From IMG/VR virus record IMGVR_UViG_3300035208_006985: DNA of 64,000 bases. One strand, written 5' to 3'. A program made the position numbers and the translations under genes. This stretch comes from a virus (taxonomy: Duplodnaviria; Caudoviricetes). The notes under the pieces were generated by a model. The model was given only the letters and a program-made list of their open reading frames with translations. It was not told the DNA's origin and did not search any database. Shown here one piece after another: positions 1-9,654 of this stretch. Position 1 is the first letter of the stretch. Each line of letters starts with the position of its first letter.

Positions 1-927
1 ACCCATAGGTTGAGGCACCTGAGGGACCGCTGGGGCAGGAACCTGCGCCTTTGGTCCCGTTTGTTCACTATGAGCTTCCTCTTTTGGTGCTTCTTGTTTA
101 GGGGCTTCTGCAGGCTTTTCATTCCCACCCCCTACATTGTTATTATAAAAATCTAAACCCTTAGAAGGATCAGTAAATTCAATTTCAACCTTAGCAGTTC
201 CTCCGCCACCAGTTTCATTCATAGTAATATTTTTGGATTTTATTCCCTGTGCAATAGGAATATCTTTTGGATTAGGAATCTTTTCACCAGCTGCAGTCTT
301 ACCCAATGAGGACACAGTAACTCTTCCACCCCCAGTAACATTAAAAGTCTGACCTACTATATCCCTTACATAATCAGTTGTACCATCAGAAAACTCAACT
401 CTAAAGTTATCTGCCTCAGCATTCTCTAACATACTTGTGATATCAAAAGGATCTGTTATGGTAGGAGAATTAGGATCTTCATCAACATGAACACGAACAA
501 TAGTTTTAGGCTCTGCCTTACTATGTTCATTTATATAATTAGAAAATTCTGGAACCTCTGGAGAATTAGGATCTACATCAAATGCAGTCTTTACCAAAAC
601 TTCATTAGCAACTTTCAAAGCAATGTCATCATCACTATCCTGATAAGATACTAACCATTTTTCTTGTTTATGTGTTTCCGGATTTTCAAACTCTTTAACA
701 GCCCAGACTCCCCCTATCTTTTGCATTGTAGAAGCCTCACGATAAAGCCCCCTCCCTATAGACTCAAATCTTTTTGAGGTTATAGCAGCCTCAAGCTTAA
801 TGTGTTGAGGATCCTCTTGAACTTCTGGCTTTGCTACTTCTTTTGCCTTAACAATTTTATGCACACTTGCAAGAATTTTCTTCATTGATTCTGACATACT
901 GTAAATACTTCTATCTGGTGTAGGCAT
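1..927 (-). CDS. Hypothetical protein, runs off the window start (possibly virion/head-associated)
   Basis: ATG at 927 with AAGGA SD. Frame open to position 1 (MPTPDRSIYSMSESMKKILAS...), with a Pro/Gln/Glu-rich tract. Absent from the ORF track because it is truncated. Confidence 0.75.
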   Translation of the reverse strand, partial: MPTPDRSIYSMSESMKKILASVHKIVKAKEVAKPEVQEDPQHIKLEAAITSKRFESIGRGLYREASTMQKIGGVWAVKEFENPETHKQEKWLVSYQDSDDDIALKVANEVLVKTAFDVDPNSPEVPEFSNYINEHSKAEPKTIVRVHVDEDPNSPTITDPFDITSMLENAEADNFRVEFSDGTTDYVRDIVGQTFNVTGGGRVTVSSLGKTAAGEKIPNPKDIPIAQGIKSKNITMNETGGGGTAKVEIEFTDPSKGLDFYNNNVGGGNEKPAEAPKQEAPKEEAHSEQTGPKAQVPAPAVPQVPQPMG

Positions 928-1008
928 TGTTTTAATCCTTATAATTATATTATTGATTCTGACATACTATAAATACTTCTATCTGGTGTAGGCATTGTTT
1001 TAATCCTT
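884..1008. repeat. 57-bp direct repeat (884-940, 952-1008), one mismatch
   Basis: attgattctgacatact(g/a)taaatacttctatctggtgtaggcattgttttaatcctt occurs twice with an 11-bp spacer. It covers the RBS and first 14 codons of the 1..927 gene. Confidence 0.95.
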
Positions 1009-1010
1009 TA

Positions 1011-1101
1011 TTGACACCCCCATGCCATTAAGCATAGGATTCTTATACTACGCATTGGCTAAAGCACCATACGTTGTCGTATAAAGGCTCTGCCCGAGCC
1101 C
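1011..1101 (-). ncRNA. TnpB omegaRNA scaffold / IS200-IS605 right end (tnpB1); 5' boundary approximate
   Basis: Minus strand GGGCTC-GGGCA-GAGCCT hairpin, TTATAC...GTATAA stem, CCTATGC...GCATGGG hairpin, ending GTGTCAA as in IS605-type right ends. Confidence 0.7.
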
Positions 1102-2169
1102 AAGTATATTAATTGCTGCATTATGATCCCTATCTAAAACTAAACCACAATAGGGACAACAGTGAATACGTTCTGCTAAAGTTTTTTGAACTTTTTCACC
1201 ACAAGCAGAACATCTTTGTGAAGTTACATTAGGATTTACTTTCACTACTTCCCTACCAGCCTCTTCCGCTTTGTAAGAAAGCATTTGAAAGAATTGACCC
1301 CAAGAACTGTCCTGAATAGACCTTGAAAGATGTCTATTTTTAATCATATTATTTATTTGTAAATTTTCTATATAAATTTTCTTATTGTTTTCTATGTAAT
1401 GATTAGCAACTTTATGAAGATAATCTTTACGTTGGTTATTAATCTTTTCATAAGTCTTAGCAACCTGAAGCCTTGCTTCTTTTCTTCTATTAGAACCTTT
1501 TACTCTTCGGGAAAGCTTTCGTTGTTTAACCCTAAGTTCTTTAAGAAACTTTTTCAAAAACATGGGATTATTAACTTTATTCCCTTCAGAATCTACAAGG
1601 AAAGATTTTATCCCTACATCCAAACCAATTTCTTTTGTGGTTTCTGAAAACTGTTTTTTTGGGACTTCATCACAGGAAAAAGAAACAAACCATTTTCCTG
1701 TGGAATTTCTATAAATTGTAACAGTTTTAATCTTGCCTTCAATCGGTCTGGAAAGAAACAATTTTAATCTTCCAATCTTAGCAAGATGTAAATATCTTCC
1801 CTCAAGTTTCCAACCACTTTGTTTTAACGTGAAAGAATTATACCTGTCTTTAGATTTGAATCTTGGGAATCCTGGGGTTCCTCCGTGTTTAACCCTTTTA
1901 AAAAATGCTTGATAGGCTTTATCAAGTCTTTCTATAACATCCTGCAAACATTGAGAACCAACTTGTGCAAATTCAGGAAAAGCTTCTTTAAGTTCCGACA
2001 GTTGATTCATCTGATCATAGCAAGATATGGATTTCTTACTTTGTTTATAAATAGAAATTTTTTGTTCAAGTGCAAGATTGTAGAGTATACGACACTGCTC
2101 AAGCGAAGCCGAACAACATACCTCTACATTTTTGGAAAGTTTAGCACTATATTGAAAGGTGCGTCTCAT
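1048..2169 (-). CDS. tnpB: TnpB RNA-guided endonuclease (tnpB1), no tnpA nearby
   Basis: RuvC motifs GLDVG, IENL, DRDHNAAINI; CSAC/CPYC Zn finger; GFPRFK. Probable start is the ATG at 2169 (track: 2196). Confidence 0.93.
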   Translation of the reverse strand: MRRTFQYSAKLSKNVEVCCSASLEQCRILYNLALEQKISIYKQSKKSISCYDQMNQLSELKEAFPEFAQVGSQCLQDVIERLDKAYQAFFKRVKHGGTPGFPRFKSKDRYNSFTLKQSGWKLEGRYLHLAKIGRLKLFLSRPIEGKIKTVTIYRNSTGKWFVSFSCDEVPKKQFSETTKEIGLDVGIKSFLVDSEGNKVNNPMFLKKFLKELRVKQRKLSRRVKGSNRRKEARLQVAKTYEKINNQRKDYLHKVANHYIENNKKIYIENLQINNMIKNRHLSRSIQDSSWGQFFQMLSYKAEEAGREVVKVNPNVTSQRCSACGEKVQKTLAERIHCCPYCGLVLDRDHNAAINILGLGQSLYTTTYGALANA

Positions 2170-2231
2170 TTTATTGTATTTAAAATCTATCAGCAACGTA
2201 TTGTATCATTTTTCAATTCATCGTGCAATCG

Positions 2232-2304
2232 TGAGGGGAGTTGGAATCGAACCAACCTGTTGAACCTTATGAGAGTCCCGGGCAACCACTGCCATCATCC
2301 CCCT
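2232..2304 (-). tRNA. tRNA-Met(CAT) (Ile2 or initiator identity not resolved)
   Basis: AGGGGGA/TCCCCTC acceptor with 1-72 mismatch, GGACT-CTCATAA-GGTTC anticodon arm, GTTGG-TTCGATT-CCAAC T arm; no encoded CCA. Confidence 0.82.
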
Positions 2305-2308
2305 ATTA

Positions 2309-2455
2309 CTAACTTCCCACAAACTCATTGTCTGGGTCTGCAAAATTAAAGCTAAAATCTAAATCCTTCATTTCTTTTTTAAACTTCCTAAAAAATAAAA
2401 AGCTACCCATAACTATAACTGTGCCTATACCCCACCACCATTTAGAGTTTTTCAT
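2309..2455 (-). CDS. Small 48-aa membrane protein
   Basis: AAGGA SD, MKNSKWWWGIGTVIVMGSFLFFRKFKK..., one hydrophobic segment; below the ORF-track cutoff. Confidence 0.55.
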   Translation of the reverse strand: MKNSKWWWGIGTVIVMGSFLFFRKFKKEMKDLDFSFNFADPDNEFVGS

Positions 2456-2623
2456 TGGGTAAATCCTTTTCACTTAGTTTATAGCAATCGGGACAAAGAT
2501 CATTAATAAGAATTTTAATAGGCTTAAGCTTTTTGCAGGCTAAGCAAAGCTTCTGCTCATCTTGCTGAGGATTAATTTCCAGGCTCATAGTCTTAACTAG
2601 CATATAGCATTCTCCTAACAAGC

Positions 2624-2653
2624 AATATATGCTAATCCAAGAAATAAAATCAA
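2624..2653 (-). promoter_or_regulatory. Sigma70-like promoter TTGATT-N18-TATATT
   Basis: Matches the TTG...TATATT motif that recurs in this window. Confidence 0.55.
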
Positions 2654-3097
2654 GTTTATAGGAGTATGAAATTAAGATATGTAAAGGAAGAATTTATTAA
2701 AAAAGCCATTTCAAGAATTAGTGAACTGCTAAGTAATACACATTTTGAAAATTTTACAAAAAGGTTGAATAAAAAATATGCTGGAAGATTGCTTACTTTT
2801 CCCGGCATACATACACAAGTCGTAAAACCTCCCTGGGTTTATACATCCTATGTAGTTATTATAATCTATTACACTAATTCAACATATATACTCTCAAGAG
2901 ACATATTGAGACTCCTTTGAATTTGTTCCCCATTGTTAGTATATCCGCTACCATTTGCAGATAGCTTCACAATCAATACAGTATAGTTATGACCCCTTTT
3001 ACAAAATTTTGCTTAGCCAAACCTATTAGATGGGTTTTGCCTCATCAAATTCTTTGTGTAATTGTCAACCCCTAATATCCAATCTCTTACTCATATT

Positions 3098-3490
3098 TTA
3101 TGTCCTATTTAATATAGAATGGTATAAATAATAAAATAATTGACCCCCTAACCAGAAGCTAAATAATAGGGATAAACCCCTTATTATTACTTCGATAAAT
3201 GTTTGGGGGACTACCATCATATTAACAAATATGCATCCATAAAAAGCAAACTCCTTGATCCACTCACACCAGTGCCAAGCATCCCCAAAATAGGATGAGA
3301 ACTTAACCTGTTTATAGTAATATGTGGGATCACAATGTACCCAAGAGGCCCATTCTATTAGATCCCTGCCCTTTAACCAATCAAGTAATTTATTATCCTC
3401 GGAATGATTCTTAATTGTATCTGTTATGGCTTTAGCAACATTGTATAAAAGTGAGGAGTAAATTGTAAATATAATTGCTGTTATCTGCAT
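3098..3490 (-). CDS. Hypothetical membrane protein
   Basis: Several hydrophobic segments. Confidence 0.6.
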   Translation of the reverse strand: MQITAIIFTIYSSLLYNVAKAITDTIKNHSEDNKLLDWLKGRDLIEWASWVHCDPTYYYKQVKFSSYFGDAWHWCEWIKEFAFYGCIFVNMMVVPQTFIEVIIRGLSLLFSFWLGGQLFYYLYHSILNRT

Positions 3491-3506
3491 AAAAAAAATT
3501 CTTAAT

Positions 3507-4073
3507 TTACGGATATTGAACTAATAGAATTATATCATATAAAGATATCGGAGCATAATTAGTTACTTCCACTGATACATTTATACTCTTATTTATTCTA
3601 TCAATTATAGGTTTGCTATTATGCACATGACCATGAATAAGCCAATCATACTCCTCCATAGGTTTAATACTTGTAGCTGTAACGGGGTCATGGATTAACC
3701 GGAACCTGTGACCTCCAGCCTCTATGTAATCCTCTATCAATACTTTTTGCACATTCTTTGGGGGAACTGTAGTAGGACGTATCTTATGATCGTGAGACCC
3801 CTTGATATAGGTTACAATAGTTCCTGGTAATTGTTCACACCACCATTTTGGAGTATACTCTCTTCTTTCTTGCCTTCCAAATGCCATATCCCCAAGAAAA
3901 TAAACAAGACTATCCTCTTTAACTATCCTATTATAGTTATTAAGAAGAACCTCATTCATTTCATCTACTGTAGCAAAAGGACGATTGCAATAATCAAGAA
4001 TCCTCTTATGACCAAAGTGAAAGTCTGATATAATAAATACGTTTTTAGCTTCTTCTAAAGTATAGATATCCAT
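3507..4073 (-). CDS. Calcineurin-like metallophosphoesterase
   Basis: SDFHFGH, LGD, GSHD, IHGHVH motifs. Confidence 0.9.
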   Translation of the reverse strand: MDIYTLEEAKNVFIISDFHFGHKRILDYCNRPFATVDEMNEVLLNNYNRIVKEDSLVYFLGDMAFGRQERREYTPKWWCEQLPGTIVTYIKGSHDHKIRPTTVPPKNVQKVLIEDYIEAGGHRFRLIHDPVTATSIKPMEEYDWLIHGHVHNSKPIIDRINKSINVSVEVTNYAPISLYDIILLVQYP

Positions 4074-4201
4074 AATATTATTTTCAATTTATATTTGTTT
4101 TATTTAAATTACTTAATAATATTTGATTTTGCAAATTTTTATCTTTGGGTAGACATAATGTTATAAATATATTTCCTATATCACTAAACATTTTAAATCC
4201 C

Positions 4202-4633
4202 CTAATTGGTTTTCTGATCAGAGGTATTCTGTTTTGCCTTTTTAAGTGCCTCCTCAGCCAACATCCAGCCCTCATCTTGAGGAAGCATTTCAAAGCTTGT
4301 ATGTAGCTCCCCAACACCCCGATACTTCCAAGATTCTATATTAGCATAGGCTTTAAGAACCTTTTCATATATTTCAATCTTTCTGTCCATTAATTTCATT
4401 ATAGTAATTACATTATTATCCTCCTCTAACCCATCACAACCCCCACAACCCTCAGAATCTATAGGATCACCATCTGCATCACAATACGAAGGTGGATAGC
4501 CTAATTTTCTTATGTTCCTATGTCTCCAAAACCTATCCCAACAAGCTTCTATCGTGTATGTTACAACCCAGATCATAACCACTAACATTAAACTACTCCA
4601 CGCACTGCTGCTTGCAAAATCCCAGACACTCAT
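4202..4633 (-). CDS. Hypothetical protein with N-terminal TM segment
   Basis: GGAG SD, hydrophobic N-terminus. Confidence 0.6.
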   Translation of the reverse strand: MSVWDFASSSAWSSLMLVVMIWVVTYTIEACWDRFWRHRNIRKLGYPPSYCDADGDPIDSEGCGGCDGLEEDNNVITIMKLMDRKIEIYEKVLKAYANIESWKYRGVGELHTSFEMLPQDEGWMLAEEALKKAKQNTSDQKTN

Positions 4634-4657
4634 TTTAAATCTCCTTATTTTGTAATT

Positions 4658-4849
4658 TTATGGTATTCTAGTATAGTCATTTGCATCTACAAGCTCTATT
4701 ACAAATAGATACAGTTTTCTTAACCAACACAGGGGATTAAAAATATTATGATAAATTTTAAAAGCATTTCTGGTCCAAAATAATCCATAGCATCTTCGGC
4801 ACTGATTATGATATTTTGATCTAAGCATTCTATCAAGGCCCTTTTTCAA
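4658..4849 (-). CDS. Small Cys/His protein, paralog of 9947..10132
   Basis: YHNQCxRCxGLFW...YH...NPxC...VDxND shared with the 9947 ORF. Confidence 0.65.
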   Translation of the reverse strand: MKKGLDRMLRSKYHNQCRRCYGLFWTRNAFKIYHNIFNPLCWLRKLYLFVIELVDANDYTRIP

Positions 4850-4897
4850 CTTCTTTGTGAGTTATTTTTGGCAATGTAAAATCTGCTAATGTATGGC

Positions 4898-5335
4898 TCA
4901 TTGCATTGAATCTCCTTTGTCAATACCTGACATTTTATCTCTTACTCTTTTTGCTATCCAAGGAAACTCCTCAGCAAAAATCTCATTAAAAGTTTTCAAA
5001 TACAAAATTACAGAATCCTGATAAGCAATAGCAGAATCCTGCTTTGTTTTTTGTATCTGCAAGGCCACTATATCACACTTTAATTCTACAGTTCTATTCT
5101 CCAACAATCTTAACTCTGATCTATTAACCAATGTATCAGAAAGGGTTGCGAATCGTGTTATTACAGTTTTATGTCTGGGGTTTTCAGGTTCAAAAATTAC
5201 AAGCATACAAACCACAACCAATATTACATAAATAAAAACCCTACCCACATTACCCGACCGTTTATCCCAAGAACATATCCCATCCCACCATCTGTTCAGT
5301 TTATATAAATTCAGTTTAAGTGAGTTCATGATCAT
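4898..5335 (-). CDS. Hypothetical single-TM coiled-coil protein
   Basis: TM segment followed by a heptad-like region. Confidence 0.55.
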   Translation of the reverse strand: MIMNSLKLNLYKLNRWWDGICSWDKRSGNVGRVFIYVILVVVCMLVIFEPENPRHKTVITRFATLSDTLVNRSELRLLENRTVELKCDIVALQIQKTKQDSAIAYQDSVILYLKTFNEIFAEEFPWIAKRVRDKMSGIDKGDSMQ

Positions 5336-5343
5336 AAAATACT

Positions 5344-5922
5344 CTAATTGTTTAAAATAAAATTTGCTTTATATACATTGTTTAAGGTTATGCCACACCA
5401 CCCATCGACTTTAATATAATTATTTTGCTGCCAAAGCAACATATCAGAATCATCATCCAATATTACATAATTTTTATACTCACTAGAATAGCACCCTATT
5501 AATTTTTCATTGTCTTTTATCCACTGTCTTATCTCATTACCCCTTACAGAACCCTTTCCTAAACTAGGTGTAATTCCTATAATACTGCCCCGTATTACTC
5601 CGGCTTTATAAAGTGTACTTTTAATGGAGTATTTCATACTCATCCTCCAAGCAGAGCTAATTACTAGTTTACATTTAGATTTTCTAATTAAATTATTAAG
5701 CAGCATTATATTGCGCTTATCCAGCTCATTATAAGGATGTTTCTTACCTACAGACCCACCAAGTTGTTTAAATTCATTTGGAATTCTAATGTTTCTCTTC
5801 TTAGATTTAGAAGCTATTAAGTCCAAATAATACATCACCCCATTATTAAGACAGCCATCAATATCTATGAAAGCCACCTTAAGAATGCCATTGCTTCTAT
5901 ATTTTTTATATTTTTCTAACAT
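5344..5922 (-). CDS. HAD phosphatase, Swiss-Army-Knife RNA-repair-like family
   Basis: FIDIDGCLN, VISSAWR, RGNEI, YVILDDDSDM motifs. Confidence 0.85.
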   Translation of the reverse strand: MLEKYKKYRSNGILKVAFIDIDGCLNNGVMYYLDLIASKSKKRNIRIPNEFKQLGGSVGKKHPYNELDKRNIMLLNNLIRKSKCKLVISSAWRMSMKYSIKSTLYKAGVIRGSIIGITPSLGKGSVRGNEIRQWIKDNEKLIGCYSSEYKNYVILDDDSDMLLWQQNNYIKVDGWCGITLNNVYKANFILNN

Positions 5923-5929
5923 GTATTAT

Positions 5930-6181
5930 TTACTTTACCATACCCACAATTTTAAATCCTTGATGCTCTTTACGCCATTCTAATCCTATTTCTGATGAAT
6001 AAAGAAACCCATCACTTCCTATTAACATACCTGCCGCAGATTTCTTTTCAAACCTACCATGCCATTTACCTATTTTAGGATCACACTCTGAACAAAGTAC
6101 AGGACCTTCGCCCCTACTCCAATATTTACTAAGTGCAGTATTTTCCATACAACCACATTTTTCACATGAAAATATTCCCAT
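5930..6181 (-). CDS. Small Zn-finger protein
   Basis: CEKC...CSEC. Confidence 0.6.
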   Translation of the reverse strand: MGIFSCEKCGCMENTALSKYWSRGEGPVLCSECDPKIGKWHGRFEKKSAAGMLIGSDGFLYSSEIGLEWRKEHQGFKIVGMVK

Positions 6182-6302
6182 TTTTATTTCCTTTAATTAT
6201 CAAAGAATCCACATAACCACGCTATTAATAAAATAAAAAGTCCAAGTCCTCCTGTACAAGCTATAAACATTATTAAAAGGACTATGTTCCAACCATCTGA
6301 TT

Positions 6303-6521
6303 TCATTTTGCATTTCTCCAGGTAAGTTTTGGGTCTCTTTCTACCACAGCCAGATCACAACCAATATTTTTGCAAGTCTTGCTACAGAAAAAGGCTAATT
6401 GGTATTGACCACTAAATCCATCCCCATTAACACTTGGTATAGCATCCCTTGTAGGAACTTCTATACCACATGAATCACAACGCACAATAGGCATCCAGAT
6501 TACAGCTTGTGAAATCAACAT
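6303..6521 (-). CDS. Small Zn-binding (TRASH-like) protein
   Basis: CDSC...FFCSKTC; AGGAG SD. Confidence 0.55.
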   Translation of the reverse strand: MLISQAVIWMPIVRCDSCGIEVPTRDAIPSVNGDGFSGQYQLAFFCSKTCKNIGCDLAVVERDPKLTWRNAK

Positions 6522-6585
6522 TTTATTTCTCCTTGTTATTTATGATAGTTTTTATATTAGTATTAAAAATATACTGTCTCTTTGC

Positions 6586-6615
6586 TTGTTTTTCTATAAA
6601 ATTTTAGTATATATT
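6586..6615 (+). promoter_or_regulatory. tnpB2 promoter TTGTTT-N18-TATATT
   Basis: Conserved with 12032..12061 upstream of tnpB3. Confidence 0.7.
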
Positions 6616-6641
6616 GTTTAATCGTTACCAGGAACAGTAAA

Positions 6642-7790
6642 TTGATTAAAACTTATAAATTCAGAGCTTATACTAATAAAGCTACAGAAATTCAAACTAA
6701 TGTAGTCCTTGAGCTTTGTAGACAGATGTATAATTTGGCTCTTGAACAAAGAATAATGGTTTATAAGCAAAATAAAAAGTCTGTTTCTTTTTATGATCAA
6801 AATAAACAGCTTACCGAGTTTAAAAAAGAATTTACACAATTTAAACAAGTGCCTTCTCAAGCTTTGGAAAATGTTATTGATAGACTTGATAAAGCTTATC
6901 AAAACTTTTTTAGAAGAGTTAGAATAGGCGAAACCCCTGGATTTCCAAGATTTAAAGGTTATGAAAGATATGACTCTTTTACATTGAGACAAGGTTGTGG
7001 ATACAAACTTGAAAATTCTAACCTTATCCTTAGTAAAATTGGAACCTTTAAACTTAAACTTCATCGTCAAATCCCTTTAGAAGCTAAAATTAAAACTGTT
7101 ACTATTACCAGAAAAAACAATAAATGGTTTGTTTGTTTTTGCTGTGATAACATTATACCAAAAATTCTTCCTAAAGTCAATAGGTCTATAGGCATAGATG
7201 TAGGTTGTGAAAGCTTCCTTACAGATTCCAATGGGCTTAAGGTAGAAAACCCTAGATTTCTTAATAAATCTACTGAAAGAATTACTAAACTTCAACAAAA
7301 ACTTGAAAAACAACTTAAAGGATCTAATAGGAGAAAGAAAACTAAACTTCTCTTGGCTAAAAAGCACGAAAAAGTATTTAACCAAAGATTGGATTTCCAA
7401 CATAAAGTTGCAAAGCACTATGTTGATAGCTATGATACTATTTGCCATGAAAAGATGAATTCCTTTAAAAGTTTTACTAAACTCAATCGAAGTATGAGAG
7501 ATGTTAGCTGGTTTAGGTTCTTTGATATTTTGCAAGCCAAAGCGGAAGAAGCTGGGCGTACAATAGTTAAAGTGCCTGCCAAAAACACTTCTCAACAATG
7601 TAGTAAGTGCGGAGAGATGGTTAAAAAAGATTTGTCTGTTAGAATTCACTCTTGCCCTCATTGTAAACTTACTTTAGATAGAGATTTAAATGCTGCTTTA
7701 AATATTTTAAGGCTTGGGATGAGCCTACAAGACCCTACCTTTCCTGGTAATGACTGTCTTGTGAAATTTGATGATTTAATCATTAATTAA
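6642..7790 (+). CDS. tnpB: TnpB RNA-guided endonuclease (tnpB2), TTG start
   Basis: MIKTYKFR N-terminus, GIDVG, CHEKM, DRDLNAALNI, CSKC/CPHC; close paralog of tnpB3. Confidence 0.93.
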   Translation: MIKTYKFRAYTNKATEIQTNVVLELCRQMYNLALEQRIMVYKQNKKSVSFYDQNKQLTEFKKEFTQFKQVPSQALENVIDRLDKAYQNFFRRVRIGETPGFPRFKGYERYDSFTLRQGCGYKLENSNLILSKIGTFKLKLHRQIPLEAKIKTVTITRKNNKWFVCFCCDNIIPKILPKVNRSIGIDVGCESFLTDSNGLKVENPRFLNKSTERITKLQQKLEKQLKGSNRRKKTKLLLAKKHEKVFNQRLDFQHKVAKHYVDSYDTICHEKMNSFKSFTKLNRSMRDVSWFRFFDILQAKAEEAGRTIVKVPAKNTSQQCSKCGEMVKKDLSVRIHSCPHCKLTLDRDLNAALNILRLGMSLQDPTFPGNDCLVKFDDLIIN

Positions 7791-7795
7791 TCCAC
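7709..7795 (+). ncRNA. tnpB2 omegaRNA scaffold (3' part); putative guide from 7796
   Basis: AGGCTTG/TGAGCCT hairpin, CAAGAC/GTCTTG stem, TTGATGAT/ATCATTAA hairpin; similarity to tnpB3 ends at TCCAC. Confidence 0.7.
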
Positions 7796-7892
7796 TTTAT
7801 GGTTTCCTCAAGCTCCCCAGATCCAAACAGCTCCTGGGTTATATGTTGAGAGGGAATTAAAAGGTTGGGGTTAGGGTATTTAAGAATTTTGG

Positions 7893-8138
7893 TCATAGAG
7901 TTGTATCGTAGAACTCTTTAATGGTTGAGAAGAACTCTTTAATGGTTGAGATATCTCTGAAACTAGACTCATTTATAACATAGTTTCTAAACTGTGATTC
8001 TGGCAATGCTTCTAGCATTTCACACAATACATCATCTGAAGCTATCATAATATACTGCAACAAAACTTGTTGTGCAACTTCTTTTGTAATATTACATGTA
8101 CTTTTTATACTCATTTTTATTTCCTTTTCTTTAGGCAA
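7893..8138 (-). CDS. Hypothetical protein
   Basis: ORF downstream of the promoter at 8159-8187; likely start MSIKS. Confidence 0.55.
   Translation of the reverse strand: MPKEKEIKMSIKSTCNITKEVAQQVLLQYIMIASDDVLCEMLEALPESQFRNYVINESSFRDISTIKEFFSTIKEFYDTTL
7910..7951. repeat. 21-bp perfect tandem duplication (in frame)
   Basis: agaactctttaatggttgaga x2, encoding STIKEFF-STIKEFY. Confidence 0.95.
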
Positions 8139-8158
8139 TTACAAATAATTCTATAATC

Positions 8159-8187
8159 AATATATAAAATTTGGACACTAAAGTCAA
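8159..8187 (-). promoter_or_regulatory. Promoter TTGACT-N17-TATATT
   Basis: Spacer TTAGT...AAATTTTA is shared with the promoter at 37649-37677. Confidence 0.65.
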
Positions 8188-8685
8188 TCAAACTCGCCAA
8201 GAAATTTCACCCACAACTTGCAAAAGTGTTTTGGTTAATTTCTTAGATACATACACAGGACAACCCATACAATAGCATACTACTATATCATTTAACATAA
8301 AGTATTGCTCCAGGGATTTTATTCTTTCTATATCAGCACCTGCCACCTTTAAAGCCTCCTGCAGCAAACCCCATTGTATTAGCATTGCTATGGGGCTTTT
8401 TTCTTCTTTTACTAAATATTGAAACTGGGCTAACATTGCCCCGGCTACTTTTTTATTCTGTTGGGTTAAATATAAGGCTATAGCATCCTGCTCAACCTGT
8501 GTAATCTCCTTAATAATGGGTATTTCAGAGGGAACAAATTCACATAGTTTACATAGGGGACAGATGGAGGAATTTATAGACCAAATATCACTATCTTCGT
8601 TATATGTATCTTGCTTGTAAGGGCAATGCTCTGGAGCCACTATGTAAGGTCCATAACCTATTTGTTTTAAAATTACTTTAATCAT
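8188..8685 (-). CDS. Hypothetical protein
   Basis: 165-aa ORF with AAGGA SD. Confidence 0.6.
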   Translation of the reverse strand: MIKVILKQIGYGPYIVAPEHCPYKQDTYNEDSDIWSINSSICPLCKLCEFVPSEIPIIKEITQVEQDAIALYLTQQNKKVAGAMLAQFQYLVKEEKSPIAMLIQWGLLQEALKVAGADIERIKSLEQYFMLNDIVVCYCMGCPVYVSKKLTKTLLQVVGEISWRV

Positions 8686-8846
8686 ATTTAAATCCTTAAA
8701 TTAACTTTATCAATCGGTATTAACCAAACCCATATTTATGTTATCATATAGCATGACCCAATGCCCGGCATAATCATGAACTACAATTTCTCTATTTATA
8801 GTACCCCCATTTAAATTTGGATCTCTACCATAACCTCTAAAAAATT

Positions 8847-9287
8847 TTATATAATACTTCTACCACGCAATTGCCCAGGTTCATTCCAAGTTGCTGTAAA
8901 CGCATCTCTATAAATTGATCTGGTTAACTCCTGTGATACATTAAAAATCTCTTTTGAAATTTTATCCCTATTATAAATTCTCATTCTTGCAGCCCCCTTC
9001 ACAATATCTAAAATGTGATCCACTAATTCTGAGGGTTCTGGTCCAAAAGTTAGCTTCAACTCATCACAAACTTGCATAACGGCATCATCGAAACTACTTA
9101 CACTCGTTAGATTTAAATCTTTCTTTTTTGGATAGGTTACAAGAACTTCTTGTGGCACAAAAGCTTTTATTTCTAATTCATAACCACACCTTTCATAACA
9201 TTGATTTATTCTAATATCAGTAACCCCCTCAATAACAGTGCCATCCTCAGTCTTAACTTTACCCTCCTCCACAACTAAATAGGACAT
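8847..9287 (-). CDS. Hypothetical protein
   Basis: ORF in a tightly packed minus-strand array. Confidence 0.6.
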   Translation of the reverse strand: MSYLVVEEGKVKTEDGTVIEGVTDIRINQCYERCGYELEIKAFVPQEVLVTYPKKKDLNLTSVSSFDDAVMQVCDELKLTFGPEPSELVDHILDIVKGAARMRIYNRDKISKEIFNVSQELTRSIYRDAFTATWNEPGQLRGRSII

Positions 9288-9288
9288 A

Positions 9289-9654
9289 TCAATTCTCCTC
9301 TTCTAAGTAAGGTTTAATAATTGAGGCTTCTTCATTATTAAAAACATGCTCACCTAACAAATGCTTATAGATTCTTCCTCCGAGCCCAAAAATACCGTTT
9401 CTCTGCATCTTGATTCCACTAGGAAATTTCTTGGACTTTTTAATAACATCCTTCCAAATAACTTCTGCTAATTTATCAGCCCTTTTAAGTTTCTTATCAC
9501 ATTCTGCACACAAAGAGGTATTAGTATTTGGCAGCTCATTAAACTCTTTCCGAGTAAAAGTCTTTCTTAATTGACAGCCGGAACAATTAAGTATATAATT
9601 ACCCTCAGGAACTGTGTCTATATCATTATTTATAAACATACCTTGATTAAACAT
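9289..9654 (-). CDS. Hypothetical Zn-finger protein
   Basis: CSGC...CAEC. Confidence 0.6.
   Translation of the reverse strand: MFNQGMFINNDIDTVPEGNYILNCSGCQLRKTFTRKEFNELPNTNTSLCAECDKKLKRADKLAEVIWKDVIKKSKKFPSGIKMQRNGIFGLGGRIYKHLLGEHVFNNEEASIIKPYLEEEN

Noticed and set aside
884-1008. Possible CRISPR array
   Set aside because: Only two 57-bp copies with an 11-bp spacer, derived from coding sequence; no cas genes seen.
1060-2201. 8-nt complementarity (ATACGTTG/CAACGTAT) between the tnpB1 upstream region and its omegaRNA
   Set aside because: Short, overlaps the -10 box, and the omegaRNA part is already paired locally (ACGTAT/ATGCGT); not counted as a third example of loop-leader pairing.
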